Assembly (NCBI GenBank): GCA_965219995.1 | Contig: CBDCOX010000002.1 | Coordinates: forward strand, 1,728,001-1,792,000 | DNA: 64,000 nt | Direction of reading: 5' to 3' | Origin: Candidatus Latescibacterota bacterium | GTDB taxonomy: Bacteria > Latescibacterota > UBA2968 > GCA-2709665 | In this document: in pieces, positions 1 through 9,640 of the stretch | How the letters are laid out: each line of letters opens with the position of its first letter | Numbering within the stretch: the stretch's first letter is position 1 | Notes under the pieces: generated by a model | Databases searched by the model: none | Seen by the model: only the letters and a program-made list of their open reading frames with translations | Told to the model about the DNA's origin: nothing | Program-made: the position numbers and the translations under genes

Positions 1-143
1 GCAGTATCTTCCGCAAAGCCCTGCAGACCGGGGGTCTCGGCCTGGTGACCATACGAAAGCGTTGCGAAGCGGTGGATTAGAGGGTCGGTCTGCTACAACG
101 CAAAAAGGGTTCGCCCGGGATTTTTCGAATCCCGAAGGAACCC

Positions 144-253
144 TATCGGCCCGTGGAAAGAGCCCATCCGGGCTGCGGCCGGCCCTTGTGACCGAATGAC
201 GGCGTTGCGCTCCCTCCCCGAATCCAGGGACTCGCGCCGGTCGTGCGCCTGTC
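144..253. mobile_element. MITE family A, degenerate left half
   Basis: Matches 23364-23473 (GGCCCTTGTGACCGAA...GCGTTGCGCTCCCTCCCCGAATCCAGGGA); left TIR decayed; no right end. Confidence 0.75.
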
Positions 254-274
254 CTGACCTCCAGTGTCGTCGTT

Positions 275-856
275 TTACCGGAATTCCAGAGATTTCGCGA
301 TTGAACGGTATTCGTCGACGGGAAAGGCGGCAGACGTCCCGTTGCCCATCATCAGGTAAGCCTTCCGCCCGTCCAGCACCACCGTAACGAAGAACCGGTC
401 CCCACGCCGGCGAAGAAACACGGTCCGGAAGACCCACTCGATGCCGTCGCGCCCCGATATCTGAAACGTGCGTTTCTCCTGTCCCGTGTACCCCAGAAAC
501 GTGGCCTTGAATTCCTCTTCCAGTTCGGCGGTAACCGTCTGTAGCGTCGAATTTTCCGAAAGCGCGCGGGGCCGTAACGTCAACACCGCCTCAAATCCGC
601 CAATCGCCTCGCGGTTCATAACCACTTCGACTCTGGGCAATCCGTTCGGCTCCCGGGTCTGGAAGGACGTTTGCGCCGTCCAGCCCCACACATCCGGGAC
701 CGTAATCCGGAATCCCCATTCATCGTTGGAGTACACTCGGCCGCCGTCGGAATCGGTCGTCGGATTATTGGCGGTGTCCTCCGGGATAGGACCGCAACCG
801 AATATCGCGGCAACGGATATGTAGCAGAACCAGCCAATGGAACGGTGTTGGAACAT
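275..856 (-). CDS. Putative lipoprotein, PsbP/DcrB-like fold
   Basis: ORF 275-910; likely start ATG 856 (MFQHRS...) with lipobox-like IFGC; YSNDEWGFRITVPDVW resembles PsbP-like N-terminus. Confidence 0.55.
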   Translation of the reverse strand: MFQHRSIGWFCYISVAAIFGCGPIPEDTANNPTTDSDGGRVYSNDEWGFRITVPDVWGWTAQTSFQTREPNGLPRVEVVMNREAIGGFEAVLTLRPRALSENSTLQTVTAELEEEFKATFLGYTGQEKRTFQISGRDGIEWVFRTVFLRRRGDRFFVTVVLDGRKAYLMMGNGTSAAFPVDEYRSIAKSLEFR

Positions 857-958
857 GCCGCCCGCCTTCCTCTCCGCGAAACGCATGGCTACCGCAGGTT
901 TTTCTGTCATTTGATTCGATGTCCCGCCCGGCGGAATCCCGAACCCGTTCGGAATCTG

Positions 959-1633
959 TCAGTGCACGATGCCCAGCCGTCTCCATCGAATTTTTCCGAA
1001 CGGGTTCCAGAGGGGGGCGCTGGAGTTCCAGGAAAAATAGATAAGAAGCGGATGGGCCTTCACCTTGTCGAGGGATACCGTCCCCCAGAACCTGCTGTCG
1101 TCGCTGTTGTCCCGGTTGTCCCCCATCACGAACAAATGTCCGGGCGGCACCAAATAAGGCCCGTAGTTGTCACGGGTACTGTACCGTTTGAGCTCCGTCC
1201 GCCGGTCCATGAACTTCACCCCGTCGGGATTCGCAAACGGTTTGCCGTCGACGTAAACCACCTTGTTTCTGATCTCTATCGTCTGCCCACCTACGGCGAT
1301 ACACCGCTTGATGAAGTCCCTTGACTGATCCTTCGGATATTCGAAAATCACCATATCCCCGGGTTTTGGAGAACGAAATCCCGGCAGCCGAAAGGAAGGT
1401 AGCTTGTAATTCAGAACTGGCAGACGATCCGGAATCTGCGTTCCGAACGTCAGCTTGTCTCCGAGAACGTAGTCGCCCTCCATCAGCGTGTTTTCCATGG
1501 ATCCTGACGGGATGTGATAGGCCTGCACCAGCGTTGCCCGGATCAATACAGCCAGAAAGACGGCAAAAAAGATCGACTTCAGATAATCGACCAGAATTCG
1601 TCCGGGACGCGGCCGGCGGCGCAGTGACTTCAT
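959..1633 (-). CDS. lepB: Signal peptidase I
   Basis: IPSGSMENTL (Ser), FIKRCIA (Lys), GDNRDNSDDSRFWG; GGAGG RBS. Confidence 0.95.
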   Translation of the reverse strand: MKSLRRRPRPGRILVDYLKSIFFAVFLAVLIRATLVQAYHIPSGSMENTLMEGDYVLGDKLTFGTQIPDRLPVLNYKLPSFRLPGFRSPKPGDMVIFEYPKDQSRDFIKRCIAVGGQTIEIRNKVVYVDGKPFANPDGVKFMDRRTELKRYSTRDNYGPYLVPPGHLFVMGDNRDNSDDSRFWGTVSLDKVKAHPLLIYFSWNSSAPLWNPFGKIRWRRLGIVH

Positions 1634-1740
1634 GGGTCAACCTCCAGATCGTTCCAATGGGGAAAACACAGGCGGGCAACGTCTGCGGATTCGCATGTTT
1701 ACACGCGGAAACGTGCGGCAGGTTCCGGCCTGCCTCAGTG

Positions 1741-2715
1741 TCAAGCCGAGAAATACGGGACTTCGGGCCGTCCGCTTTCGGCGGATCGGTTCGCCGCAAG
1801 CGTCACGTCGAGCGAACGGACGCCGTCCTCGTAATCCGAAAGAACGGCCGACCCGTCGCCCGTACGAACGGCATCGATGAAAACCTCGTCGATATCACCC
1901 AGATCACGCTGTACCGGGCCCGGATCTGCCGCGGACTCCGGATGCACGACCAGGCCATCGGGCCCGAACTCCGCCCGCATGTCATTCAATATAAATGACA
2001 TGAGCCCGGTCCCGCCTCCCTGCCGAAACGTGCACGTGGACGTCAGCGAACCGATCGCGCCCGTCTCGAATTTCAGATTGATCACGTGCACGTCAGGAAT
2101 ATCCAGGTTATCCTCATCGTCCATGGTACGCAATGCGTAATAGGCGTGCACTTCCGCCACTTCACCCACAAGATAGCGAAGCAGATCCACCTGGTGCGTG
2201 GTCTGCTCAACGATCTGTCCGCCCGATTGTGACATCACGCGCCACCACGGCGTACCTGGCAGCCCGCCCCATCTGTGGACAGCGGTCATCCCGATCGTCC
2301 GACCTTTAAGGAACGCCTTCGCCTGCTGTGCGATGCCGGAATAGCGCAACTGATACCCCACGCAGGTCAGAACGCCCGCCTCCCGCACGGCCGCCAGTAT
2401 TTCGAGGGCCTTCTCCATTGTCGCCGCTACGGGTTTCTCCACGAAGAGATGCACACCGCGCTGCGCCGCCAGAATCTCCGCGTCGGTATGCGCAAACGTG
2501 GGAACGCTCACGTACAAAGCGCACAGCGATTCGGCGTCCAGCATCTTCCGATGGTCGGTATACGCCCTCGCGCCGAATTCCCCGGCCACACGCTCCGCGG
2601 TTTCCTCCACCACGTCGCAGATCGCCGCGATATTCACATCCTCCATCATCTGCAACACCCGCATGTGGGATCTCGCACGACCGCCTGCGCCTATAAACCC
2701 TACCTGAATAGCCAA
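1741..2715 (-). CDS. Gfo/Idh/MocA family oxidoreductase
   Basis: VGFIGAGG Rossmann motif, VEKP motif; likely TTG start 2715 after GGAGG. Confidence 0.9.
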   Translation of the reverse strand: MAIQVGFIGAGGRARSHMRVLQMMEDVNIAAICDVVEETAERVAGEFGARAYTDHRKMLDAESLCALYVSVPTFAHTDAEILAAQRGVHLFVEKPVAATMEKALEILAAVREAGVLTCVGYQLRYSGIAQQAKAFLKGRTIGMTAVHRWGGLPGTPWWRVMSQSGGQIVEQTTHQVDLLRYLVGEVAEVHAYYALRTMDDEDNLDIPDVHVINLKFETGAIGSLTSTCTFRQGGGTGLMSFILNDMRAEFGPDGLVVHPESAADPGPVQRDLGDIDEVFIDAVRTGDGSAVLSDYEDGVRSLDVTLAANRSAESGRPEVPYFSA

Positions 2716-2897
2716 AACACCTCCCGGAAACCTTGTGGTTAAAATACACAGCCTCAAAATTACCCTGCCGGGACATGGGCTGTCAAGCGAATTCATCATG
2801 CCCGGGAAGTTCACGCACCTGCTTTTGTCTTTGAATAATTCCGTCCGGACAACTAACTTACCCGTACCAAACCCACGCCCACCCCTGACGGAAGAGG

Positions 2898-3947
2898 ATG
2901 TACCCCATGCGAGTCGAGGACCTGGACACACCTGCACTGACCATCGATCTCGACATCCTTCTCAAGAATATCCGAGACCTCGCGGAATCCTGCAGCAAAC
3001 ATGAAATCGCGTTGCGGGTGCACACCAAGACCCACAAGATTCCCGAAATCGCCCGCCTGCAGCTTGAAGCCGGCGCCATCGGCATTGTCTGTCAGAAGCT
3101 GGGTGAAGCGGAAGTCATGGTCCACGCGGGTATAACCGATATCCTCATTCCCTACAACATCGTCGGCGCCCGCAAGGTGAAACGCCTTGTGCGACTCCGC
3201 GAACGGGCAACCATAACGGTAGCCCTGGACTCCGAAACGACGGCTCGCGGCATCTCCGAACAGGCGGGCAGACCGGAAATACCCATTCTGATCGAACTGG
3301 ATACCGGCGGGCGCCGATGCGGCGTCCAGTCGCCCGAAGCCGCACTGGACCTGGCGCGCAAAGTCGTTGCGCTGCCCGGCCTCCGCTTCCAGGGCATCAT
3401 GACCTATCCCAGCCGGCGGGAGGCGGAACCCTTTCTGTCGCGCACGCGGACACTGCTGGAGGGCGACGGTATTCCGGTAGCCACGGTAAGCGGAGGCGGA
3501 ACCGGAAGCGAAGCCGTCTCAAAGCAGATCGGTTGCACCGAAACCCGGATCGGCTCCTACGTTTTCGAAGGCATGCGCCGCATCAACCACACGGACAATC
3601 CCCCGAACCCGACCACCTGTGCCGAACGCGTGATCGTGACCGTGGTCAGCACGCCCACCCCTGAACGCGTTATCGTGGACGGCGGCCAGAAATCCTTTAC
3701 GAGCTATCCGCCCACTCCGTACGGATACATCGTGGAACACCCCAACGCCAGGATATACGGCATGTCGGTGGAACATGGTCATATCGACGCCAGTGCGTGC
3801 GACCATACGTTTCAGGTTGGGGAACGCCTTTCGGTTGTTCCCCAGCACCAGGGCATGACGACCAACCTGCACGACGTCGCCTATGCCGTGCGGAACGGCG
3901 CCGTGGAGGCCGTCTGGACCGTTGCCGGACGCGGCAGGGCGCAATAG
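2898..3947 (+). CDS. PLP-dependent D-threonine aldolase/D-serine dehydratase-like enzyme (alanine racemase fold)
   Basis: LDTPAL, HTKTHK PLP lysine, DTGGRRCGV, SVEHG. Confidence 0.85.
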   Translation: MYPMRVEDLDTPALTIDLDILLKNIRDLAESCSKHEIALRVHTKTHKIPEIARLQLEAGAIGIVCQKLGEAEVMVHAGITDILIPYNIVGARKVKRLVRLRERATITVALDSETTARGISEQAGRPEIPILIELDTGGRRCGVQSPEAALDLARKVVALPGLRFQGIMTYPSRREAEPFLSRTRTLLEGDGIPVATVSGGGTGSEAVSKQIGCTETRIGSYVFEGMRRINHTDNPPNPTTCAERVIVTVVSTPTPERVIVDGGQKSFTSYPPTPYGYIVEHPNARIYGMSVEHGHIDASACDHTFQVGERLSVVPQHQGMTTNLHDVAYAVRNGAVEAVWTVAGRGRAQ

Positions 3948-4048
3948 ATGGCCAAATCGAGACCGCGGCCCCTTTCATCCCCCGGGCCGGGACCGGATCA
4001 CCCGAAACGGCCCGTTCCGGCAGACGACTTGATATAAGGAGTTCTGAA

Positions 4049-4942
4049 ATGCGCCAAGTACAGTGGGAACGCATGTTCCCGGACCAACTGGAAGCCGCCT
4101 TCAATGACTGCCCGCTCGTCTACTTCCCGTACGGCCTTTGCGAACCTCATGGTCCGCACGACGCGGTCGGCCTGGATGGCCTGAAGGCGCACGGCATTGC
4201 CTGCGAGTCCGCGCGCGCGCACGGGGGTATTGTGGCGCCGCCGGATTACTGGCATATCCACGAAATTGGCGGGTATGCGCTGTGGCTCGAGCGTACCGTT
4301 GGACCGGTCAGACGTTCCTGGATGACCTGCATGCCGCCCTGGCAGCACTTCAAGAACATCTGCTACCACATCCGCATGGCGGACCACCTTGGCTTCCACG
4401 CCGCGATTTTTCTAACGGGACATTACGGCCCCAACTGGAAGGATCTCAAAACGCTCATCGGCCTGGTGCAGCCCCACGTGGGCACCAGGCTCTGCGGCCT
4501 GCCGGACCACGAAGCCAATCAGCCGGGTTTCGACAACGACGGACGAAGCGGCGGCGACCACGCAGGAAAGGTCGAAACGTCGCTTCTGTGGGCGCTCCAC
4601 CCCGACTGTGTGGACCTTTCGCGGCTGCCGCCCGAAGACGCTCCCGGACCCCATTTCGCGATGGGACCCACGGTCAGGCAGTCGGACCGCCGCGTTGGCG
4701 AGCGCATGGTTGCCGACGAAGTCCGATGGCTGGGCGAAAAGGCGAAGGAACTGCTGGGCGAATACGAGGAGAAGGACCCGCCCCACATGCTGCAGACCTA
4801 CGAAGACGTGGAAGTCCTCTGGGAGACCGTGATTCGCCCCTCTCTCTCGGGATTCGAGACCATGCAGAACAGCTGGACTGAGGAATCCCTTCCCGAGACC
4901 TCCACCTGGTATCCCAACTGGCGGGTGCCGCGGCGCGGATAG
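4049..4942 (+). CDS. Creatininase family protein
   Basis: GLCEPHGPH, TGHYG, GDHAGKVETS motifs; ATG 4049 after AAGGAG. Confidence 0.85.
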   Translation: MRQVQWERMFPDQLEAAFNDCPLVYFPYGLCEPHGPHDAVGLDGLKAHGIACESARAHGGIVAPPDYWHIHEIGGYALWLERTVGPVRRSWMTCMPPWQHFKNICYHIRMADHLGFHAAIFLTGHYGPNWKDLKTLIGLVQPHVGTRLCGLPDHEANQPGFDNDGRSGGDHAGKVETSLLWALHPDCVDLSRLPPEDAPGPHFAMGPTVRQSDRRVGERMVADEVRWLGEKAKELLGEYEEKDPPHMLQTYEDVEVLWETVIRPSLSGFETMQNSWTEESLPETSTWYPNWRVPRRG

Positions 4943-4954
4943 GCGCGCAGGCAT

Positions 4955-5031
4955 CGCGTCGGTCGCGCGCCTTGTATTCGGCCACAATGACTCGGCCTCG
5001 CCTGCAGAGCGACTTCTTCAACGGACTGCTA
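4955..5031. mobile_element. MITE family A, right half
   Basis: Near-identical to ~23453-23529; ends in TIR TTCAACGGACTGCTA. Confidence 0.85.
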
Positions 5032-5406
5032 CCGTTCCAGCAGTTCGATCTCGTATCCGTCCGGGTCGTCCACAAAGGCCATTTTCCGTCCGGTCGGAAA
5101 TGTCTCACGCCAATCGCCGGGCCAGATTTCAATGCCTTTGTTCTCGAGCCCGTCGCAAAACGCGATGAGGTCCGGCACGCCGATTGCAAGATGCATCAGA
5201 TCCTCGGGCACGTTCAGTTCGTAGTCTTCCGACCAGGTCAGTTCGAGCGTATGGGCGTTGCCAGGCAACTCCAGATGCATAATCTGGTTTCCCGCCGGGG
5301 ACTTCTCCGATCTGCTCTTCACCACGAATCCGAAATGGTCGCAGTAGAACGCCGCCGACCGGTCCAGGTCGTTTACCCGAATCCTGGTATGGAGAAATAC
5401 CGCCAT
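5029..5406 (-). CDS. VOC family protein (lactoylglutathione lyase-like)
   Basis: FLHTRIRVNDLDRSAAFY...HLAIGV...AFVDDPDGYEIELLE. Confidence 0.9.
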   Translation of the reverse strand: MAVFLHTRIRVNDLDRSAAFYCDHFGFVVKSRSEKSPAGNQIMHLELPGNAHTLELTWSEDYELNVPEDLMHLAIGVPDLIAFCDGLENKGIEIWPGDWRETFPTGRKMAFVDDPDGYEIELLER

Positions 5407-5506
5407 CGAAGGCTCCTTTCTTCAAATCATCGTCCGCCTGACCCGGAGAACAAAAAAAAAGACAGCCAGTAGCTGCCCCCGTACCCGCACCTTCGGTCCC
5501 GTCCTT

Positions 5507-5959
5507 CTACGCGGTTAGCGATGAAACTGCCTTACTCCCTTTCTCACCGGCCGACGGGCCGGCCGGTTCCGTTTCGAGCCCCAGCGCCTGGCGCACCTGT
5601 CGTATCGCCTGAAGGTAATAATTCCTCACCGTACTCTTGGATACCGACAGCAGCAGCGCGATTTCGGCCATGGACTTTCCCTGGGAACGCAGCAGCAATA
5701 CCTCGTACTTCCGACCTGTGAGTGTCGGTTCGATCACGTTTCTGACCGCATCCAGTTTCTCCTCGTCCAAATCCAATTTCGCATACGGGTCGGGATCGAG
5801 CGAATGCCGAATGATGAAAGACAGGGGTACGGTCTCCGTTCTGGGATGACACCGTTCCATCACCGTGTTGTATCGGGGCCCTCGCATATGGGTTCCACGC
5901 TCCCGACAGGACTGTTGGAGGCTCTCAACACTTTTCAGACGACGCTCGCACATCGTCAA
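5507..5959 (-). CDS. Small LuxR/sigma70 region-4-like HTH protein
   Basis: LTGRKYEVLLLRSQGKSMAEIALLLSVSKSTVRNY; start uncertain. Confidence 0.65.
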   Translation of the reverse strand: MTMCERRLKSVESLQQSCRERGTHMRGPRYNTVMERCHPRTETVPLSFIIRHSLDPDPYAKLDLDEEKLDAVRNVIEPTLTGRKYEVLLLRSQGKSMAEIALLLSVSKSTVRNYYLQAIRQVRQALGLETEPAGPSAGEKGSKAVSSLTA

Positions 5960-6006
5960 TTTAGCCTGTTCTTCTCAATCAGGCAAGTGAAAACTCGCCC
6001 CTTGCG

Positions 6007-6939
6007 CTATACGAGCGGACGCCTTGTGAAGCCCAACTCTTCCACAAGCTGCAATACCCGTTCATTCAAACGGTCCGCATGGCGCACGGTTTCCCGATCG
6101 GGCGTGAACGCCAGGCTGCGTACCTGTGACTGCCGAATGATCCCCCGCGCGGCCAGCAGGCGTTTCTCTACAACCAGGTACAACTCCATGTCCTGCAGCG
6201 AAAACACAATCTGCGCCAGAATGCCGTCGAACACGTCCATCGCGCCGTCCAGGTCGCCCGATGACCCGAGTTCCCAGATCCTGTTCATCACATCCGCGTG
6301 TCCGAGCCCTGGCATGACGCCGGCGACGCCCCACTCGAAGAGTTCCGGAAGATACATCCCGCCCCAACCCTCCAGCACGGCTACCTCCCCGTCGGTCGCC
6401 TCTCGAATCCCTCGCAGCTCGCGACCCAGAAGCGGCTCCTCCAGCTTGATATACCTGAAATTATCGCAGGCTTCGCGAAGTCGACGGCAGAACGTCCCGT
6501 CAACCGTGGGGCCGCCAGGATTGAAATCCTGAATCAGAATCGGCGCCTGCACCGCGTCGCAGATGGTCCGGCAATACGCAATAAGGTCCGCTTCCGTCGT
6601 TCGGAACTGCCTTGGGATTGCAAAACTGATGACGTCGGCGCCGGCGTCCTCGTTCGCGCGGGCAAGATTCGCCGCCTGTCGGGCTGACGGGTGGTTCGAC
6701 TGACCCACCACAGGTATCCTCCCCGCGGCCGACGCTACCGCGGCCCGGACGACCGCGAGCCGTTCTTTTCCTGATTGCTTGTAAAACTCGCTCGCATATG
6801 CCGGCAGACACACCGCCCCGATATCGAATGCGACCGCCGTCTCCACCTGTCGGCGGATGTCTTCGAATACAATCTCTTCACGGTCATCGAACGGTGTTAC
6901 CAGTACCGCCACGACACCACGTATGGCTTCCACGCCCAT
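6007..6939 (-). CDS. Dihydrodipicolinate synthase/N-acetylneuraminate lyase family aldolase
   Basis: GVVAVLVTPF, ASEFY, YIKLE Schiff-base lysine; ATG 6939 after GGAGG. Confidence 0.85.
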   Translation of the reverse strand: MGVEAIRGVVAVLVTPFDDREEIVFEDIRRQVETAVAFDIGAVCLPAYASEFYKQSGKERLAVVRAAVASAAGRIPVVGQSNHPSARQAANLARANEDAGADVISFAIPRQFRTTEADLIAYCRTICDAVQAPILIQDFNPGGPTVDGTFCRRLREACDNFRYIKLEEPLLGRELRGIREATDGEVAVLEGWGGMYLPELFEWGVAGVMPGLGHADVMNRIWELGSSGDLDGAMDVFDGILAQIVFSLQDMELYLVVEKRLLAARGIIRQSQVRSLAFTPDRETVRHADRLNERVLQLVEELGFTRRPLV

Positions 6940-7095
6940 GTCGATCCTCCCAGGAGCAGATCTGTCTGAGGCCAGGTCCGTCCGCATGGCCCCTGTCAAG
7001 GCGCCAGACGATCCTCCGAAGAGTGGATCGTTGGAACCACTCGGCGGACATTGCATGTCGGCAACCGGGACGCTTCTCAGCCGACCTGGTGGCTG

Positions 7096-7124
7096 TTGAC
7101 ACCGAAACGGGGATATGTTAAATT
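7096..7124 (+). promoter_or_regulatory. Sigma70-type promoter upstream of rel
   Basis: TTGACA-N17-TAAATT with extended -10 TG. Confidence 0.6.
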
Positions 7125-7294
7125 GTAACTTCCGAGAAATATTCGCGAAAGGACTTTCCGGGATCGTCAAGATCTGACCGGAAGGCCGCCAATCTGCGGC
7201 GCCAGATTCGATGCCGGTCGCTCGGAAAGCCCGAGGTACGGTATCTGCGGGACCCGCCGGCAGCGCGGGCCGCTCAGATCCGATGGAGGTCTCC

Positions 7295-9499
7295 GTGAGG
7301 TTACAAACGGCTGGCTCCAGAACCCTCCCGGCCATCGAAGCCGTCGTCGAACGTGAGTCCGGTTTTCCCGATCTTCAGAACCTGCTCCGGTCGGCGATCG
7401 ACGTTCGTCCGAACCAGAATCTTCCGCTCATCTCCAAAGCCTACCACTTCGCCGAACTGGCTCATCGAAACCTGCGCCGAAAGTCCGGCGATCCCGCAAT
7501 ATCCCACGCTGTGGCCGTGTGCCGCATCCTGATCGACCTGGGTCTCGACTCCGCGACTGCGGCCGCCGGCCTGCTGCACGACGTGGTGGACGAGACCGAT
7601 GTTCCTCTTGCCCAGATCGAATCTCATTTCGGTGCTGAGATTGCCGGCCTGGTTGACGGCGTGTCCAAAATAAAGGACTTTTCCTTCCAGAGCCCGGAAG
7701 CGGAACAGGCCGAGAATTTCCGCAAAATGCTGCTCTCGATGGCACGGGACCTCCGCGTCGTTCTCATCAAGCTGGCGGACCGCCTTCACAATATGCGTAC
7801 CCTGAAATTCATGCGACCGGAAAGCCAGGAGCGCATGGTATACGAGAGTCGCGATATCTATGCACCGCTTGCCCACCGGCTGGGCATGTCCCGCATCCGG
7901 GCGGAACTGGAAGACCTCAGTCTCAAGTGGCTGGATCCGAAAGCGTACCGTTATATCCAGGAAAAGATCAACCTGACCCGGGAGGAACGAGAGGCCTGCA
8001 TCGAAGCGGTGCGGAAGCCACTATCGGAGGCGCTCGAGAACGCGGGGATTCAGGCGGACATGACGGGCCGTTCCAAAAATTTCAGCAGCATCTACAAGAA
8101 AATGAACGGGCGTGAAAGAGCCTTCGATGAAATCTACGACCTTCTTGCGCTTCGCGTTCTGGTTGATACCGTTCCCGAATGCTACAACGTTCTGGGCCTG
8201 GTGCACACCATGTATCCGCCGGTCACCGCCCGCTTCAAGGACTTTATCGCCACACCCAAGAGCAACATGTACCAGTCACTCCACACGACGATCATTGGTC
8301 CGTCGGGTATGATGCTCGAGGTGCAGATCCGAACCAGGAAGATGCATCAGACGGCAGAGGTCGGCATTGCAGCTCACTGGCTCTACAAAGAGGGCAAGCG
8401 CGGCCCTTCCGAAATGGACCGCCACATGGCCTGGTTGCGAAGCCTGTTGGAGTGGCAGCGGGAAACCACGAGTCCGCAGGAATTCATGGACGAGCTCAAG
8501 GTCGATCTCTTCCCGAACGAGATCTTCGTGTTTACCCCTAAGGGTGACCTCATTCAGCTTCCGGAGGGCGCCACACCCCTGGACTTTGCGTTTGCAGTTC
8601 ACACCGACGTCGGCCTGCGTTGTATCGGCAGCAGGGTGGACGATCAGATGGTATCCCTCTCTACACCGCTGCGAACGGGCAGTACTGTCGAGGTAATCAC
8701 CTCACCCCACCAGAGGCCCAATCGCGACTGGCTCGATCTTGTCAAGAGCGCCCGGGCACGCAGCCGCATCAGGCGCTGGTTACGCGAGGAAGAGTTTTCT
8801 CAAAGCGTCCGGATCGGCAAGGACATCCTGGATCGGGAACTCAAAAGACGTCGAAAACGTACGGCCGAAGAAAAACTGGAGGCGGCTGCCGCTCACTTCA
8901 GCCTGCAGGACGTAGAGCACCTCTACGCCAGCCTGGGCAACGGTACGCTGTCCCTGGAACGGGTTGTGCATCAGATCTTTCCAGCGGCCCGCCCGATTCC
9001 AAGACGACAGCGGCCGGAAATCAAGAAAAGGGGCCGCAAGAACCCGATCGTGATCCACAGCCTGAACCACCTGATGATCCAGTTCGCCCGCTGCTGCCAG
9101 CCCATTTACGGCGATTCGGTGTTGGGCGTAATCACCCGGGGCAAAGGGATTTCCGTTCACCGGAGGGACTGTGTTAACATTTCAAACCTTCCGGAAGGAC
9201 GCGACCGCCTGGTAGACGTCGATTGGAATTCGGAAGAGGAGACGGCCTTCACCGTACAGATCCGCGTCAATGGCGAGGATCGCCCCAATTTCCTTCGCGA
9301 CATCAGTGAGGCCATATCGGGGGAGGGCGTGCCCGTTGTCGAGGGAGAGCTGAACACTTCCAGCGGTCAGGTGGGCAACCGATTCACCGTTGAGGTCAGG
9401 AACGTCAGCCAACTCCAAGACCTGAGAAAGAAGATCCTATCCGTACCGGGCGTCTCGTCGGTTCAGCGCATAAACGCAAGTTACGACAACGTCTTATAA
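7295..9499 (+). CDS. rel: RelA/SpoT long RSH (p)ppGpp synthetase/hydrolase
   Basis: HD domain, KLADRLHNMRTL, RFKD, YQSLHT, TGS (FTPKGD), ARCCQP, ACT domain; likely GTG start 7295 after GGAGG. Confidence 0.95.
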   Translation: MRLQTAGSRTLPAIEAVVERESGFPDLQNLLRSAIDVRPNQNLPLISKAYHFAELAHRNLRRKSGDPAISHAVAVCRILIDLGLDSATAAAGLLHDVVDETDVPLAQIESHFGAEIAGLVDGVSKIKDFSFQSPEAEQAENFRKMLLSMARDLRVVLIKLADRLHNMRTLKFMRPESQERMVYESRDIYAPLAHRLGMSRIRAELEDLSLKWLDPKAYRYIQEKINLTREEREACIEAVRKPLSEALENAGIQADMTGRSKNFSSIYKKMNGRERAFDEIYDLLALRVLVDTVPECYNVLGLVHTMYPPVTARFKDFIATPKSNMYQSLHTTIIGPSGMMLEVQIRTRKMHQTAEVGIAAHWLYKEGKRGPSEMDRHMAWLRSLLEWQRETTSPQEFMDELKVDLFPNEIFVFTPKGDLIQLPEGATPLDFAFAVHTDVGLRCIGSRVDDQMVSLSTPLRTGSTVEVITSPHQRPNRDWLDLVKSARARSRIRRWLREEEFSQSVRIGKDILDRELKRRRKRTAEEKLEAAAAHFSLQDVEHLYASLGNGTLSLERVVHQIFPAARPIPRRQRPEIKKRGRKNPIVIHSLNHLMIQFARCCQPIYGDSVLGVITRGKGISVHRRDCVNISNLPEGRDRLVDVDWNSEEETAFTVQIRVNGEDRPNFLRDISEAISGEGVPVVEGELNTSSGQVGNRFTVEVRNVSQLQDLRKKILSVPGVSSVQRINASYDNVL

Positions 9500-9640
9500 G
9501 AAGCTGTTTTAAAATTACTGGTAAGTTCCCGAGCGTCTCTTCTCGGGAATCCCTCACCATTCTTCCGCCGATTCGTCCCGTCTCGCTACGAAGCGATCGT
9601 CTCACGTCTTCCCGCCTCGTGAAGAAACGCGCGTACGTCG

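Noticed and set aside
3-80. Possible 3' end of a CDS entering the window on the + strand
   Set aside because: Only 25 codons are visible; too short to identify or support.
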